This document shows positions 55,225 through 64,000 of a stretch of 64,000 nt of DNA, piece after piece. The notes beneath the pieces were generated by a model. The model was not told the origin of the DNA, made no database searches, and worked only from the letters and a program-made list of their open reading frames with translations. How positions within the stretch are numbered: position 1 is the stretch's first letter; every line of letters starts with the position of its first letter. Source of the DNA: an uncultured Planctomycetia bacterium (GTDB taxonomy: Bacteria; Omnitrophota; Gorgyraeia; Duberdicusellales; Duberdicusellaceae); contig CAZWJT010000003.1 in the NCBI GenBank assembly GCA_964634935.1, forward strand, positions 116,323 to 180,322. The letters run 5' to 3'. The translations under genes were made by a program, and so were the position numbers.

Positions 55225-56453
55225 TGCGCTACAGTAATTATTTTTTACCAACACTGCGGGATGATCCCAAAGAGGCTGAAAGTATCTCCCATAAGCTTTC
55301 ACTTAAGGCTGGGCTTTTGAATCTTCTTGCTTCAGGCATTTTTTCGTATTTACCCATAGGGCTTAAGGTTCTACGCAATATTGAGGGTATTATCCGCGAG
55401 TATATGAATCTCTATGGTGCGCAAGAGGTGCTTCTTCCAGCTCTGCAACCGCTCGAACTCTGGCAGAAGACAAAGCGCGATGAAGTACTGAAAGAAGTTA
55501 TGTTTCAATTTCGGGATCGGCGTAACCGGGTTTTATGCTTAGGTCCTACGCATGAAGAAGTCATCACGGATCTTGCGAGGAAGTTCCTTTCTTCTTATAA
55601 ACAACTTCCGGTGATTCTGTACCAAATCCAGACTAAATTCCGCGATGAATTGCGCCCCCGTTTTGGGCTGGTCAGAAGCTGTGAATTCGTGATGAAAGAT
55701 GCGTATAGTTTTGATAAGGATGCGGACGGTCTCGCTGTGAGCTATCATAAGATGCGTGAAGCATACCAGAATATTTTTCGCGTCTGCGGTTTGTCTCCGA
55801 TTGTTTTGGAGGCTGATGTTGGGGCTATGGGCGGCAGTCAATCTGAGGAATTTTTAATCGCCAGTGAGTCCGGGGAAGACAGCGTGTGGCAGTGTTCCGG
55901 GTGTGGCAAGTATTTTAAGACTGTCGGATCTTGTGCTCAATGTGCACGAGAACTTGAAGAAAAGAAAGCTCTGGAAATAGGACATATTTTTAAGCTTGGG
56001 AACAAATATTCAAAAGACTTAGGCGCTTCTGTTTTGACTGACCAAGGGGTACGGTCAGAACTGTTGATGGGATGTTACGGTATCGGGGTGAGCCGGCTTA
56101 TTTCCGCAATCATCGAAACTCATCATGATGCCGAGGGTATTATTTGGCCGAACAGGGTTGCTCCATTTGATTTCGAGATTGTGATACTCGGAAAAGATCC
56201 TGAGTTGGAATCATTCGCGCTTGACCTATACGAAAAAGCAAAAGCGTTGGGGTACGCGGTTTTATTGGATGACCGCAATGAGAGCGCAGGGGTGAAATTT
56301 AACGACGCCTTTCTCCTGGGGTTGCCCTATCTCGTCGTCATTGGGCTTAAGAATTTTTCACAGGGGAAAGTTGAGATAACACTTCGGCAGAAAAAGGAGA
56401 GATTCCTCGTTGACAGCAGCGCGGTGCTTCCTTGGTTTGACGAAAACACTTAA
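55224..56453 (+). CDS. proS: Prolyl-tRNA synthetase, bacterial type without INS editing domain (Cys4 mini-insert in its place)
   Basis: Class II motifs are present. At the INS insertion site there is only about 30 aa: WQCSGCGKYFKTVGSCAQCAR. 409 aa in total. Confidence 0.75.
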   Translation: MRYSNYFLPTLRDDPKEAESISHKLSLKAGLLNLLASGIFSYLPIGLKVLRNIEGIIREYMNLYGAQEVLLPALQPLELWQKTKRDEVLKEVMFQFRDRRNRVLCLGPTHEEVITDLARKFLSSYKQLPVILYQIQTKFRDELRPRFGLVRSCEFVMKDAYSFDKDADGLAVSYHKMREAYQNIFRVCGLSPIVLEADVGAMGGSQSEEFLIASESGEDSVWQCSGCGKYFKTVGSCAQCARELEEKKALEIGHIFKLGNKYSKDLGASVLTDQGVRSELLMGCYGIGVSRLISAIIETHHDAEGIIWPNRVAPFDFEIVILGKDPELESFALDLYEKAKALGYAVLLDDRNESAGVKFNDAFLLGLPYLVVIGLKNFSQGKVEITLRQKKERFLVDSSAVLPWFDENT

Positions 56454-56457
56454 GACG

Positions 56458-56919
56458 ATGACCGAACTGGAAAAGAAATTATCAGTTATTCTTGAGCCAT
56501 TTATAGCTGAAACGGGGCTTACTCTTTTTTCGCTCAGATCTTTCGCGGGCCCGTACGGACCGACAGTGCGGTTGATCGTTGATTTTCCCCGCGGAGGCAT
56601 TACGCTTGATGAGTGCAGTGAACTGAACCAGAAAGTTTGTGAGTTTCTCGAAAAAAGCGGGGCGTTGGATAGCGGAGTAAATGTGGAAGTCTTTTCTCCC
56701 GGCATTGACAGCGATCTTGTGACCGAGCGTGATTTTATTCGTGTCCAGGGGAAAGAAATCATGCTTTGGCTTTCTGAAGGTCCGCAGGCGGGTGCTTACT
56801 ATCAAGGGATTCTGAGCAAAATCGACGCGTTCAAGCGAGAGATTGTTCTTACGACTCAGCGGGGAGAGAAAATATTTGCTCTTGGTGCCATCAAGAAAGC
56901 ACGACAGAAGATAGGATAA
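56458..56919 (+). CDS. rimP: Ribosome maturation factor RimP
   Basis: LEPFIAETGLTLFSL opening; 153 aa; sits upstream of nusA. Confidence 0.8.
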   Translation: MTELEKKLSVILEPFIAETGLTLFSLRSFAGPYGPTVRLIVDFPRGGITLDECSELNQKVCEFLEKSGALDSGVNVEVFSPGIDSDLVTERDFIRVQGKEIMLWLSEGPQAGAYYQGILSKIDAFKREIVLTTQRGEKIFALGAIKKARQKIG

Positions 56920-56931
56920 AGGAGATATATT

Positions 56932-58089
56932 ATGAACCGTGAATTTATTGCTATTCTGGAACAAATGGAACGCGAACGAGGCGTTGATAAAGAAAAACTT
57001 ATTGAAGCCGTGGAGCAAGCACTTGTGGTGGCGGCACGGAAAATTGCGAAAATTACCAATCCCGATGCTGAGACGAGCGTCAAGATTGATCGGGAAACAG
57101 GAGATATCAAAGCGTTTGTCGGTAATGAAGAGATTGTTTCTGAGGGGCTTGGGAGAATTGCCGCTCAAGCAGCACGGCAGATCATTATTCAGAAATTACG
57201 GGAAGCTGAGAAGGACGTTGTATTTTCAGAGTTTACAGAAAAAATAGGTCAGTTGATTAGCGGTTCAGTCTACCGGTTTGACAAGCGGGGAGTGATTCTT
57301 GATCTTTTAGGGAAAGCTGAGGCGATTATTACGCGAGACCAGCTTTCGCCTTTGGATAACTTCAAGATTGGGGAGAGAATTCGCGGGTATTGTTTAGAAG
57401 TGCGCCGGGACAGGTCTCCGCAAATTATCGTATCGCGTAAGGCAGCGGCTTTTGTGAAAAAGTTGTTTGAATTGGAGGTTCCAGAAATCTATGAGTCGGT
57501 TGTCGAGATAAAATCAATTGCCCGAGATGCCGGAGATCGTACGAAAATAGCAGTTATGTCAAAGGACGAAAAAGTGGATTCAGTCGGGTCTTGTGTCGGT
57601 GTGCGCGGCGCTCGAGTAAAGAGCATTGTAAATGAACTCCGCGGGGAAAAAATCGATGTAGTCCGTTGGTCGAGTAACCCGGTTGAGTTTATTCAGGCTG
57701 CGCTTTCTCCTGCCAAAGCAACGAGTATTACTTTAGACAAAGAAAAAAAACGAGCGTTGGTGATTGTCAATGCGAGTGATCTTTCGATCGCCATTGGCAA
57801 ACACGGACAGAATGTCCGTCTTGCTTCTCGCTTGACCGAATGGGAGCTTGATGTCCGCTCAAAAGAGAGTCTCCAGGAGGAACAAGAAGAACTGAAAAAA
57901 TTGAAAGGAGTTGGAGAGAAGGCTCTCGGATTGCTCACGGCGAACGGTTTTCGAACACTCAAATCATTAGCCGAGGCATCTTTGGACGCGTTAGTAAATA
58001 TCAAGGGGATTGGGCCAAAAAAGGCAAAACAGATTATAAGCGAAGCACAGGAACTCCTTAAAACAAAAAACGACAATGCGGGTGTATGA
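56932..58089 (+). CDS. nusA: Transcription termination/antitermination factor NusA (no AR1/AR2)
   Basis: NTD, an S1 domain, and KH1/KH2 (GVRGARVKSIVNELRGEKIDVV ... IGKHGQNVRLASRLT). Confidence 0.9.
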   Translation: MNREFIAILEQMERERGVDKEKLIEAVEQALVVAARKIAKITNPDAETSVKIDRETGDIKAFVGNEEIVSEGLGRIAAQAARQIIIQKLREAEKDVVFSEFTEKIGQLISGSVYRFDKRGVILDLLGKAEAIITRDQLSPLDNFKIGERIRGYCLEVRRDRSPQIIVSRKAAAFVKKLFELEVPEIYESVVEIKSIARDAGDRTKIAVMSKDEKVDSVGSCVGVRGARVKSIVNELRGEKIDVVRWSSNPVEFIQAALSPAKATSITLDKEKKRALVIVNASDLSIAIGKHGQNVRLASRLTEWELDVRSKESLQEEQEELKKLKGVGEKALGLLTANGFRTLKSLAEASLDALVNIKGIGPKKAKQIISEAQELLKTKNDNAGV

Positions 58090-59989
58090 ACTAGCAAAGC
58101 AGTTGCATTTAGACTCAAAAGAATTGGTTGAGAAACTCAAGGAACTGAAATTCCCTGTCAAAAACCATATGTCTGCGGTAGACAAGGAAACCGCGGAGTT
58201 AATCAAACAGGAGTTAGCTTCCCTCGAAGAGAAGAAGATTCAAGAAAATATCCTTGAGGTGGATTTCCCAATTACGGTAAAAGATTTCTCGGTGAAACTC
58301 GGGACAAAGCCTTCAATCCTGTTGCAGATGATGCTCAAGAAAGGGAAGATGTTTAATATCAATCAGAATATCGATGAAAAGTTTGCAGGTGATATCGCCA
58401 AAGAATTTGGTTTTTCTCTCCAAAAGAAAATTTTGATTGAAGAGACGATCTTAAGCCAAAAAACAAACGATACCGGACAACTGGTTCCCCGGCCCCCAGT
58501 CGTTACGCTCATGGGTCATATTGACCATGGGAAGACGTCGGTGCTCGACTATATCCGTAAAACCAAAGTTGCAGAACGGGAATCCGGCGGAATCACTCAG
58601 CACATTGGAGCATATCAAGTGGCGCATGCCAATGGTAAGATTACTTTTCTTGATACTCCAGGGCATGAGACGTTTACTGCAATGCGATCTCGGGGAGCGC
58701 AAGTCACAGATATTGTAATTATCATTGTTGCTGCTGACGAAGGAGTAAAACCGCAAACAGTCGAAGCTATCGACCATGCCCGGCAGGCAGGAGTCTGCAT
58801 TATGGTTGCCATTAATAAGATTGATAAGCCGAACGCAAATATCGATTTGGTCAAACAACAACTTTCTAAGCTTGATCTTGCCCCGGAGGAATGGGGAGGA
58901 AAAACCATTACCGTTTCCGTGTCTGCGAAAACCGGTCAAGGAATCAGCGAGCTTTTAGATATGGTTTTGCTTGAAGCATCGATGTTAGAACTGAAAGCGG
59001 ATCCTGTTCGTAGTGCACTCGGTATCGTTATCGAGGCAAGGCTTTCTGCGGGGAAAGGACCTCTGGTTGTTGGCTTGGTTCAGCAGGGCACCCTGAAGCT
59101 TGGCGATATCGTTGTTTGCGGGGATTCGTATGGCAAAGTCCGTGCGCTTGTCAGCGATTTAGGTCAACGGACGGAACAAGCTGGCCCTTCAACTCCGGTT
59201 GAGATTCTGGGAATCGCTGATGTTCCGGAATCAGGGGACAAGTTCTTTGTCGTGCCATCTGAAAAAGAAGCACTTGAAATTGTCGAACGCAGGAAGAAAA
59301 AACCAGGAGTTTCTTTAGAAAAGAATCATATGAAACTAGAGGATCTTTACAACCAGATGAAAGCTGGTGATGTAAAGCAGTTAAAGCTGATTATTAAATC
59401 CGATGTTTTCGGTACTTTGGAAGCGATCGATACAACATTGGCAAAAATTCAGATTGAAGAGATAAAAATAGAGATTATTCATAAAGGAGTCGGCGACATC
59501 AACACATCGGATGTTTTGCTTGCTGATGCTTCAGACGCGATTGTTGTTGGTTTTAAGGTTGGTCTTGACGCAAAAGTGAAGGATTTAGCAAAGGAGAAAA
59601 ATATCCAGATCCAGCGGTATGAGATTATTTACGAGCTTTTCAACGATATTAAGGCTGCCGTCGAGGGAATGCTAAAACCAACAATTAAGAGGGTTTTTAT
59701 GGGGCGTGCTCAGGTGCGGAAAGTATTTACGCTTTCCAAGGCCGGCATTATCGCTGGATGCATGGTAGAAAAGGGAAAGATCTCCCGTTCTTGTTTTGCT
59801 GATGTTTCAAGGGAGGGCAGCGTGATTTTCCAGGGTAAAATCCAGTCACTCAAGCGGTTTAAAGATGATGTGCGGGAAGTCGCGCAAGGTTTTGAATGCG
59901 GTATCAGTGTCGGTCTCGATTCGATACAAGAAGGCGATATTATTGATGTTTTTACGGAAGAAACTGTCGCACGGAGAATAAGCAGTTAG
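58076..59989 (+). CDS. infB: Translation initiation factor IF-2
   Basis: G-domain [24 protein letters not shown]; 637 aa. Confidence 0.95.
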   Translation: MRVYELAKQLHLDSKELVEKLKELKFPVKNHMSAVDKETAELIKQELASLEEKKIQENILEVDFPITVKDFSVKLGTKPSILLQMMLKKGKMFNINQNIDEKFAGDIAKEFGFSLQKKILIEETILSQKTNDTGQLVPRPPVVTLMGHIDHGKTSVLDYIRKTKVAERESGGITQHIGAYQVAHANGKITFLDTPGHETFTAMRSRGAQVTDIVIIIVAADEGVKPQTVEAIDHARQAGVCIMVAINKIDKPNANIDLVKQQLSKLDLAPEEWGGKTITVSVSAKTGQGISELLDMVLLEASMLELKADPVRSALGIVIEARLSAGKGPLVVGLVQQGTLKLGDIVVCGDSYGKVRALVSDLGQRTEQAGPSTPVEILGIADVPESGDKFFVVPSEKEALEIVERRKKKPGVSLEKNHMKLEDLYNQMKAGDVKQLKLIIKSDVFGTLEAIDTTLAKIQIEEIKIEIIHKGVGDINTSDVLLADASDAIVVGFKVGLDAKVKDLAKEKNIQIQRYEIIYELFNDIKAAVEGMLKPTIKRVFMGRAQVRKVFTLSKAGIIAGCMVEKGKISRSCFADVSREGSVIFQGKIQSLKRFKDDVREVAQGFECGISVGLDSIQEGDIIDVFTEETVARRISS

Positions 59990-60029
59990 TTCTTCACAGA
60001 GAAAATCCCGGGATAATTCCGAGAAAAAG

Positions 60030-61004
60030 ATGAGAATATTAAGTGGCGCCCGTCCTACTGGAAAACTCCACCTGGGTCATCTCGCTGGAATTTTAAGTCA
60101 GTGGGTTACGTTTCAAGAAGAATACGAATGTTTTTTTATGCTTGCTGATTGGCATGCGTTACTCAGCGAATACAAGAATCCTGTGGCTATACAGGAGAAT
60201 GCATTCGATAACCTTGCCGATTGGCTTTCTTGGGGAATTAGCGAAAAGAAGGCGACGCTGTTCATCCAGTCGCAGGTTCCGGAGCATCTTGAGCTATTTT
60301 TTGTATTTTCTTCTTTTGTCCCACTCGGGCTTCTTTTTCGCTGCCCGACCTTTAAAGATCAAATCCAACAGTTAAAGGATAAAGAGTTGAATACGTACGG
60401 TTTTCTTGGTTACCCAGTTTTACAAGCGGCGGATATACTCATCTATAACGCTGAGCGTGTTCCTGTTGGTGAAGATCAGTTGCCTCATTTGGAGCTTACT
60501 CGGGAGATTGCTCGGAAATTTAATTATCTGTACCAGCGAGAACTATTTTGTGTTCCGCAGCAGATTTTATCGTCTACTCCTAAGTTGCTTGGTCTCGACG
60601 GACGGAAGATGAGTAAGAGTTACGGGAATTGTATTTATCTTTCAGACGACAACGATAGTATCAGCGAGAAAGTAAAAACAATGTTTACAGATCCCGAAAG
60701 AATTAAGCGTACCCAACCAGGAAGGCCTTCGGTGTGCAATGTGTTTTCGTATTATGCCATCTTTTTTGCAGCGCAAAAAGATGTGGTATATACCGAATGC
60801 ACCCAAGCTCTGCGCGGTTGTACTGATTGTAAGAAGCAGCTCGCTGGGCTTTTGATTGGACTTATTGAACCATGCCGGAAGAAACGTGAGAAGATTCTGG
60901 CAGAGAAAGGATATCTGGAGAGAATTCTTCAGGGTGGATGCGTTCGGGCGCGTTCCGTGGCGGCAAGAACGTTGCAAGAGGTACGAAAGGCAATCGGGTT
61001 ATGA
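60030..61004 (+). CDS. trpS: Tryptophanyl-tRNA synthetase
   Basis: HIGH-like PTGKLHLGHL, KMSKS, GEDQ. Confidence 0.9.
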   Translation: MRILSGARPTGKLHLGHLAGILSQWVTFQEEYECFFMLADWHALLSEYKNPVAIQENAFDNLADWLSWGISEKKATLFIQSQVPEHLELFFVFSSFVPLGLLFRCPTFKDQIQQLKDKELNTYGFLGYPVLQAADILIYNAERVPVGEDQLPHLELTREIARKFNYLYQRELFCVPQQILSSTPKLLGLDGRKMSKSYGNCIYLSDDNDSISEKVKTMFTDPERIKRTQPGRPSVCNVFSYYAIFFAAQKDVVYTECTQALRGCTDCKKQLAGLLIGLIEPCRKKREKILAEKGYLERILQGGCVRARSVAARTLQEVRKAIGL

Positions 61005-61696
61005 AGGTGAGGCTCGATATTTTTGAAGGACCATTAGACCTTTTGCTCTATCTGATTAAGAAAAATCATGTTGATATTTACAATATACCGATCAGTGATG
61101 TACTCAACCAGTACTTACAGTTTCTTGAATTGATGCGTCTGCTAGACATTAATGTTGTTTCGGAATATATGGTTACAGCGGCGACGCTTATCCAGATAAA
61201 ATCTCGGATGCTCCTCCCGAAGCCTCCAGAGGAAGAAACTCCAGAAGAAGATCCTCGTGATGAGCTTGTGCGCAAACTTCTTGAGTATCAGAAATATAAA
61301 GAGATCGCCGAGCTTCTCAAGCAAAAAGAGTCGGTGCGGCTTAACTATCTTACTCGCGCATCCTCGGCAACCGAATTTGAAAGCCAAGAGGTGTATTTTG
61401 AAGCAAGCATTTTTGATTTAATCAACGCGTTTAAGACAGCGTTAAAGGATGTTCCACGGGAGATTTTTTTCGAGGTAATTAAGGATGAATTTACCGTTGA
61501 AGACAAAATACATTTTATCGTACATCTTTTATTGAATACCCCCAAGATCGCACTTTCGATGCTTTTTGCTCAAAGCAAAAACAAACTGGAGATTGTCGCT
61601 ACATTTCTCGCAATATTAGAACTCATTCGTTTAAAAGAAATAGTTGCGCTCCAAGAAGGATTTTTCTCGGAAATTATTATCACTAAGCATGAATGA
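61001..61696 (+). CDS. scpA: Segregation and condensation protein A
   Basis: MKVRLDIFEGPLDLLLYLIKKNHVDIYNIPIS is a typical ScpA N-terminus. ATGA overlap with trpS. No scpB follows. Confidence 0.8.
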   Translation: MKVRLDIFEGPLDLLLYLIKKNHVDIYNIPISDVLNQYLQFLELMRLLDINVVSEYMVTAATLIQIKSRMLLPKPPEEETPEEDPRDELVRKLLEYQKYKEIAELLKQKESVRLNYLTRASSATEFESQEVYFEASIFDLINAFKTALKDVPREIFFEVIKDEFTVEDKIHFIVHLLLNTPKIALSMLFAQSKNKLEIVATFLAILELIRLKEIVALQEGFFSEIIITKHE

Positions 61697-62705
61697 GATA
61701 AGCCCGACACCTGAACATTTCCCGTTGCCTCAGGAGAGCGAAGAAGAGTTTATTCTGAATCTGTCGCTCAGGCCCAAAACAATCGATGCGTTTCTTGGCC
61801 AGACGAAAGTCGTTGATGCTCTTTTGGTTGCTATCCAAGCAGCCCAAAAAAGAGGGGAGCCTTTAGAGCATATGCTTTTTTCCGGACCGCCAGGGCTCGG
61901 GAAAACATCACTCGCGTATTGTATCGCAGCAACAACTTCTGCAAAAATTACCGCGACTTCCGGTCCGGCCATTGAGCGAGCGGGAGATCTCATTGGAATT
62001 TTAACTAATTTGAACAAAGGAGATATTCTATTTATTGATGAGATGCATCGCCTTTCCCGGGTAGTCGAGGAATTTCTTTATCCGGCAATGGAGAATTTCC
62101 AAATTGATTTTATCATTGATAAAGGGCCTTATGCCAAATCCATAAAATTTAACTTGAAGCCTTTTACGCTGATCGGCGCAACTACCCGGCAGGGACTTCT
62201 CTCCGGGCCATTGAGAAGCCGCTTTGGCCTGTTCTTCCATTTTGATTTCTACAGTATCTGCGAGCTGTCCCAGATCATTGATAAATCAGCGCAGATTCTC
62301 AACGTGAAGATTCTGGATCAAGCTACCCAGGCTATTGCTCAACGGTCGAGAGGCACTCCGCGTTTAGCTAACCGCCTTTTGCGTCGCGTGCGCGATTACG
62401 TCCAAGTGAAAAATAAAGATGAAATCACCCTTCCGCTTGCCGAGGAAGCATTGAGTTTTTTGAACATCGACAGCCTGGGTCTTGATGATTTCGACAAAAA
62501 ATATCTCGTTGCCCTGATTGATGTTTATAAGGGAGGACCCGTGGGTATTGAATCGATCGCAGCGACACTGAATGAATCCCCAGATACATTGATCGATGTG
62601 GTTGAGCCATATTTTTTGCAAATAGGATTTCTTCAGCGAACCCCCCGAGGGCGCATTGCTACCGAGGCTGCCTATGCGCATCTTGGAAAAACTTTCCAGA
62701 AGTAG
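61689..62705 (+). CDS. ruvB: Holliday junction branch migration ATPase RuvB
   Basis: LFSGPPGLGKTSLA Walker A, DEMHRL, TTRQGLLSGPLRSRFG. Start is the ATG at 61689. Confidence 0.9.
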   Translation: MNEISPTPEHFPLPQESEEEFILNLSLRPKTIDAFLGQTKVVDALLVAIQAAQKRGEPLEHMLFSGPPGLGKTSLAYCIAATTSAKITATSGPAIERAGDLIGILTNLNKGDILFIDEMHRLSRVVEEFLYPAMENFQIDFIIDKGPYAKSIKFNLKPFTLIGATTRQGLLSGPLRSRFGLFFHFDFYSICELSQIIDKSAQILNVKILDQATQAIAQRSRGTPRLANRLLRRVRDYVQVKNKDEITLPLAEEALSFLNIDSLGLDDFDKKYLVALIDVYKGGPVGIESIAATLNESPDTLIDVVEPYFLQIGFLQRTPRGRIATEAAYAHLGKTFQK

Positions 62706-62710
62706 GTTCT

Positions 62711-62944
62711 ATGGACAAAGAGATTATTTCTTTTGCAAAAGTCATTACCGCAATCGGCTTTATGTGTCTCTGCGTCGGAGGTATCTTATTCTTAACCACG
62801 CAACTGAAAATTCCATTTCTTGGGAAACTGCCAGGAGATATTGCCATAAAACGGGGGAATTTTTCTTTCTATTTTCCGCTTGCTTCCTCGTTGTTGATCA
62901 GCTTTGTTTTCAGTGTCATTATTTCTTTTTTTTCCCGCCGCTGA
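62711..62944 (+). CDS. DUF2905-family small membrane protein
   Basis: GKLPGDIAIKRGNFSFYFPLASSLLIS matches the DUF2905 core; 77 aa with two TM helices. Confidence 0.55.
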   Translation: MDKEIISFAKVITAIGFMCLCVGGILFLTTQLKIPFLGKLPGDIAIKRGNFSFYFPLASSLLISFVFSVIISFFSRR

Positions 62945-62947
62945 TCA

Positions 62948-63958
62948 ATGGATTTGTCCTTGTTTGAATTTTCGCTGCCCCGGGAATACATCGCTCAATA
63001 CCCGCTTTCCGATAGAGACCAGAGCAAACTTTTTTGTATCCGCCGAAACTCTTCAGTCTTTGAGCATAGACAATTTTCAGAAATTCCATGTCTTTTGCAA
63101 CGTGGGGACGTGTTAGTACTCAACGATACGCGGGTTTTTCCTGCTCGACTTATGGCGCGGACGCAGCAGAATGAGTCTGTCGAAGTTTTTTTAGTAAAAG
63201 AAACGGGAAACAGAGTATACAAAACACTCCTCCGGCCAAAAAAGAAACTGTTTGTTGGACAAGTTCTATATTTCAATGATCAAATAGAAGCATCAATTGT
63301 AGATTTGCGCGAAAATATAATCTGTTTTCAGCAAGAAGTCAATTTCGATGTACTCGCCAAAATAGGAAATGTGCCTTTGCCTCCCTATATTCGACGGTCA
63401 GCAGAGAGCGCCGATAGGGAACGTTATCAAACAGTATATGCGGCACATACAGGCGCCATCGCTGCTCCTACGGCAGGGTTGCATTTTGCAAAGAGAACCT
63501 TAGAAGCGCTCGCCGAATCTGGAGTAGAAATAGTGTTTCTCACTTTGCATATCGGGTATGCCACCTTCCAAAAGATTCCCGAGGGCGATATTTCCAGTTA
63601 TCGCATGGGCGAAGAGGAAGTCAATATTACCCAGCAGTCTGCTGAAAGAATAAATCTCGCCAGAAGCCAAAAAAGAAGAATTATTGCCGTTGGAACTTCT
63701 GTTGTTCGTTCCCTGGAGAGTGCTTTTCAAGGCGACAAGCTATGCCCTTTTCAAGGTCCCACCAGGCTTTTCATCTCACCAGGGTTCACATTCCGGGTTG
63801 TTGACGGATTTCTCACTAATTTTCATCTTCCCAAATCAAGTCCGTTTATTCTAACGTGCGCTTTTACGGGAAGGGAACTGTTGCTGAAAGCCTATCATGA
63901 GGCCATGCAGATGAAGTACCGTTTTTATTCGTATGGGGATGCGATGTTTATTGTATGA
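62948..63958 (+). CDS. queA: S-adenosylmethionine:tRNA ribosyltransferase-isomerase
   Basis: LVLNDTRVFPARL, PLPPYI, GTSVVRSLES. Confidence 0.9.
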   Translation: MDLSLFEFSLPREYIAQYPLSDRDQSKLFCIRRNSSVFEHRQFSEIPCLLQRGDVLVLNDTRVFPARLMARTQQNESVEVFLVKETGNRVYKTLLRPKKKLFVGQVLYFNDQIEASIVDLRENIICFQQEVNFDVLAKIGNVPLPPYIRRSAESADRERYQTVYAAHTGAIAAPTAGLHFAKRTLEALAESGVEIVFLTLHIGYATFQKIPEGDISSYRMGEEEVNITQQSAERINLARSQKRRIIAVGTSVVRSLESAFQGDKLCPFQGPTRLFISPGFTFRVVDGFLTNFHLPKSSPFILTCAFTGRELLLKAYHEAMQMKYRFYSYGDAMFIV

Positions 63959-64000
63959 TGAAGAAAAAGGAGTTTCGTTTTTTTTGGACGTTGTCTCGTT

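Noticed and set aside
56482-57168. 228 aa minus-strand ORF antisense to rimP/nusA. The same applies to the antisense ORFs at 40622..41239, 20918..21463, 51918..52442 and 58451..58939.
   Set aside because: Each is opposite a highly conserved housekeeping CDS and has an implausible, low-complexity protein sequence. There is no independent promoter or SD evidence.
63955-64000. ATGATGA overlap at the queA stop opening a new frame (MMKKKEFRFFWTLSR...).
   Set aside because: Only about 15 codons fall before the window end. That is too short to assign or even to be sure it is a gene.
1-64000. Search for tRNA/rRNA genes, CRISPR repeats, integrase/transposase/phage genes, toxin-antitoxin pairs and known defence systems (RM, Gabija, Hachiman, retron, CBASS etc.).
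   Set aside because: No intergenic space over about 160 bp, and no cloverleaf-like or repeat-spacer structure. No ORF carries recombinase, RT, Sir2/TIR, cyclase or REase motifs. The window appears to be core chromosome rather than a mobile or defence island.

Overview
This 64 kb window is densely coding: about 62 genes, 61 of them on the + strand. Stops are standard, TGA included, and AGGAGG-type Shine-Dalgarno sites are common. By eye GC is moderate, roughly 45%. I found no rRNA, tRNA, CRISPR array, transposase, integrase or phage gene, and no intergenic gap over about 160 bp.

There are two blocks. Block 1 (1..16.5 kb) is a cell-surface polysaccharide/glycan locus. It contains GT1 (x2, one cut by the window edge), GT2 (x2) and a GT28/MGDG-synthase-like glycosyltransferase, a DUF354 protein, a WecB-like UDP-GlcNAc 2-epimerase, a WbpB/WbpE/WbpD-like trio (Gfo/Idh/MocA oxidoreductase, DegT aminotransferase, hexapeptide acetyltransferase), a polyprenyl-phosphate sugar phosphotransferase, an O-antigen-ligase/Wzy-like membrane protein, a BNR-repeat lipoprotein, an extended-SDR epimerase and a GmhB-like HAD phosphatase.

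Block 2 (16.5..64 kb) is housekeeping, in this order: priA-like, fmt, coaB, coaC (split), nrdR, a DUF151 nuclease, a YfcE-like phosphoesterase, a CCA-adding enzyme with HD domain, a Macro-Nudix fusion, an AddA/AddB-like helicase-nuclease pair, pfkB, the only minus-strand gene (THUMP RlmL-like methyltransferase), hypotheticals, pgi-like, two CBS-pair proteins, a transglutaminase-like protein, LptA/C-like and lptB, trigger factor (no PPIase domain), clpP, a class V aminotransferase and serA, a secreted chimeric hypothetical, purA, H+-PPase, an OmpA-like lipoprotein, uppS-cdsA-dxr-rseP-ispG, an orphan CpaF/TadA-like ATPase, proS (minimal), rimP-nusA-infB, trpS, scpA, ruvB, DUF2905 and queA.

Several sigma70-like promoters share a TACAAT/TATAAT -10. 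One clean rho-independent terminator sits at 49038..49067.

I found no obvious defence island. The candidates for something new are: a nuclease / phosphoesterase / CCA-HD / Macro-Nudix neighbourhood that reads like an RNA-end-healing or ADP-ribose-processing module; a PriA homologue with ablated ATPase motifs; a PPIase-less trigger factor; a ProRS whose INS editing domain is replaced by a Cys4 mini-insert; a secreted degenerate-phosphoesterase + thioredoxin-like chimera; and an uncharacterised hypothetical + DUF354 pair inside the glycan cluster.

All calls rest on reading the translated ORFs for family motifs. No database search was possible.
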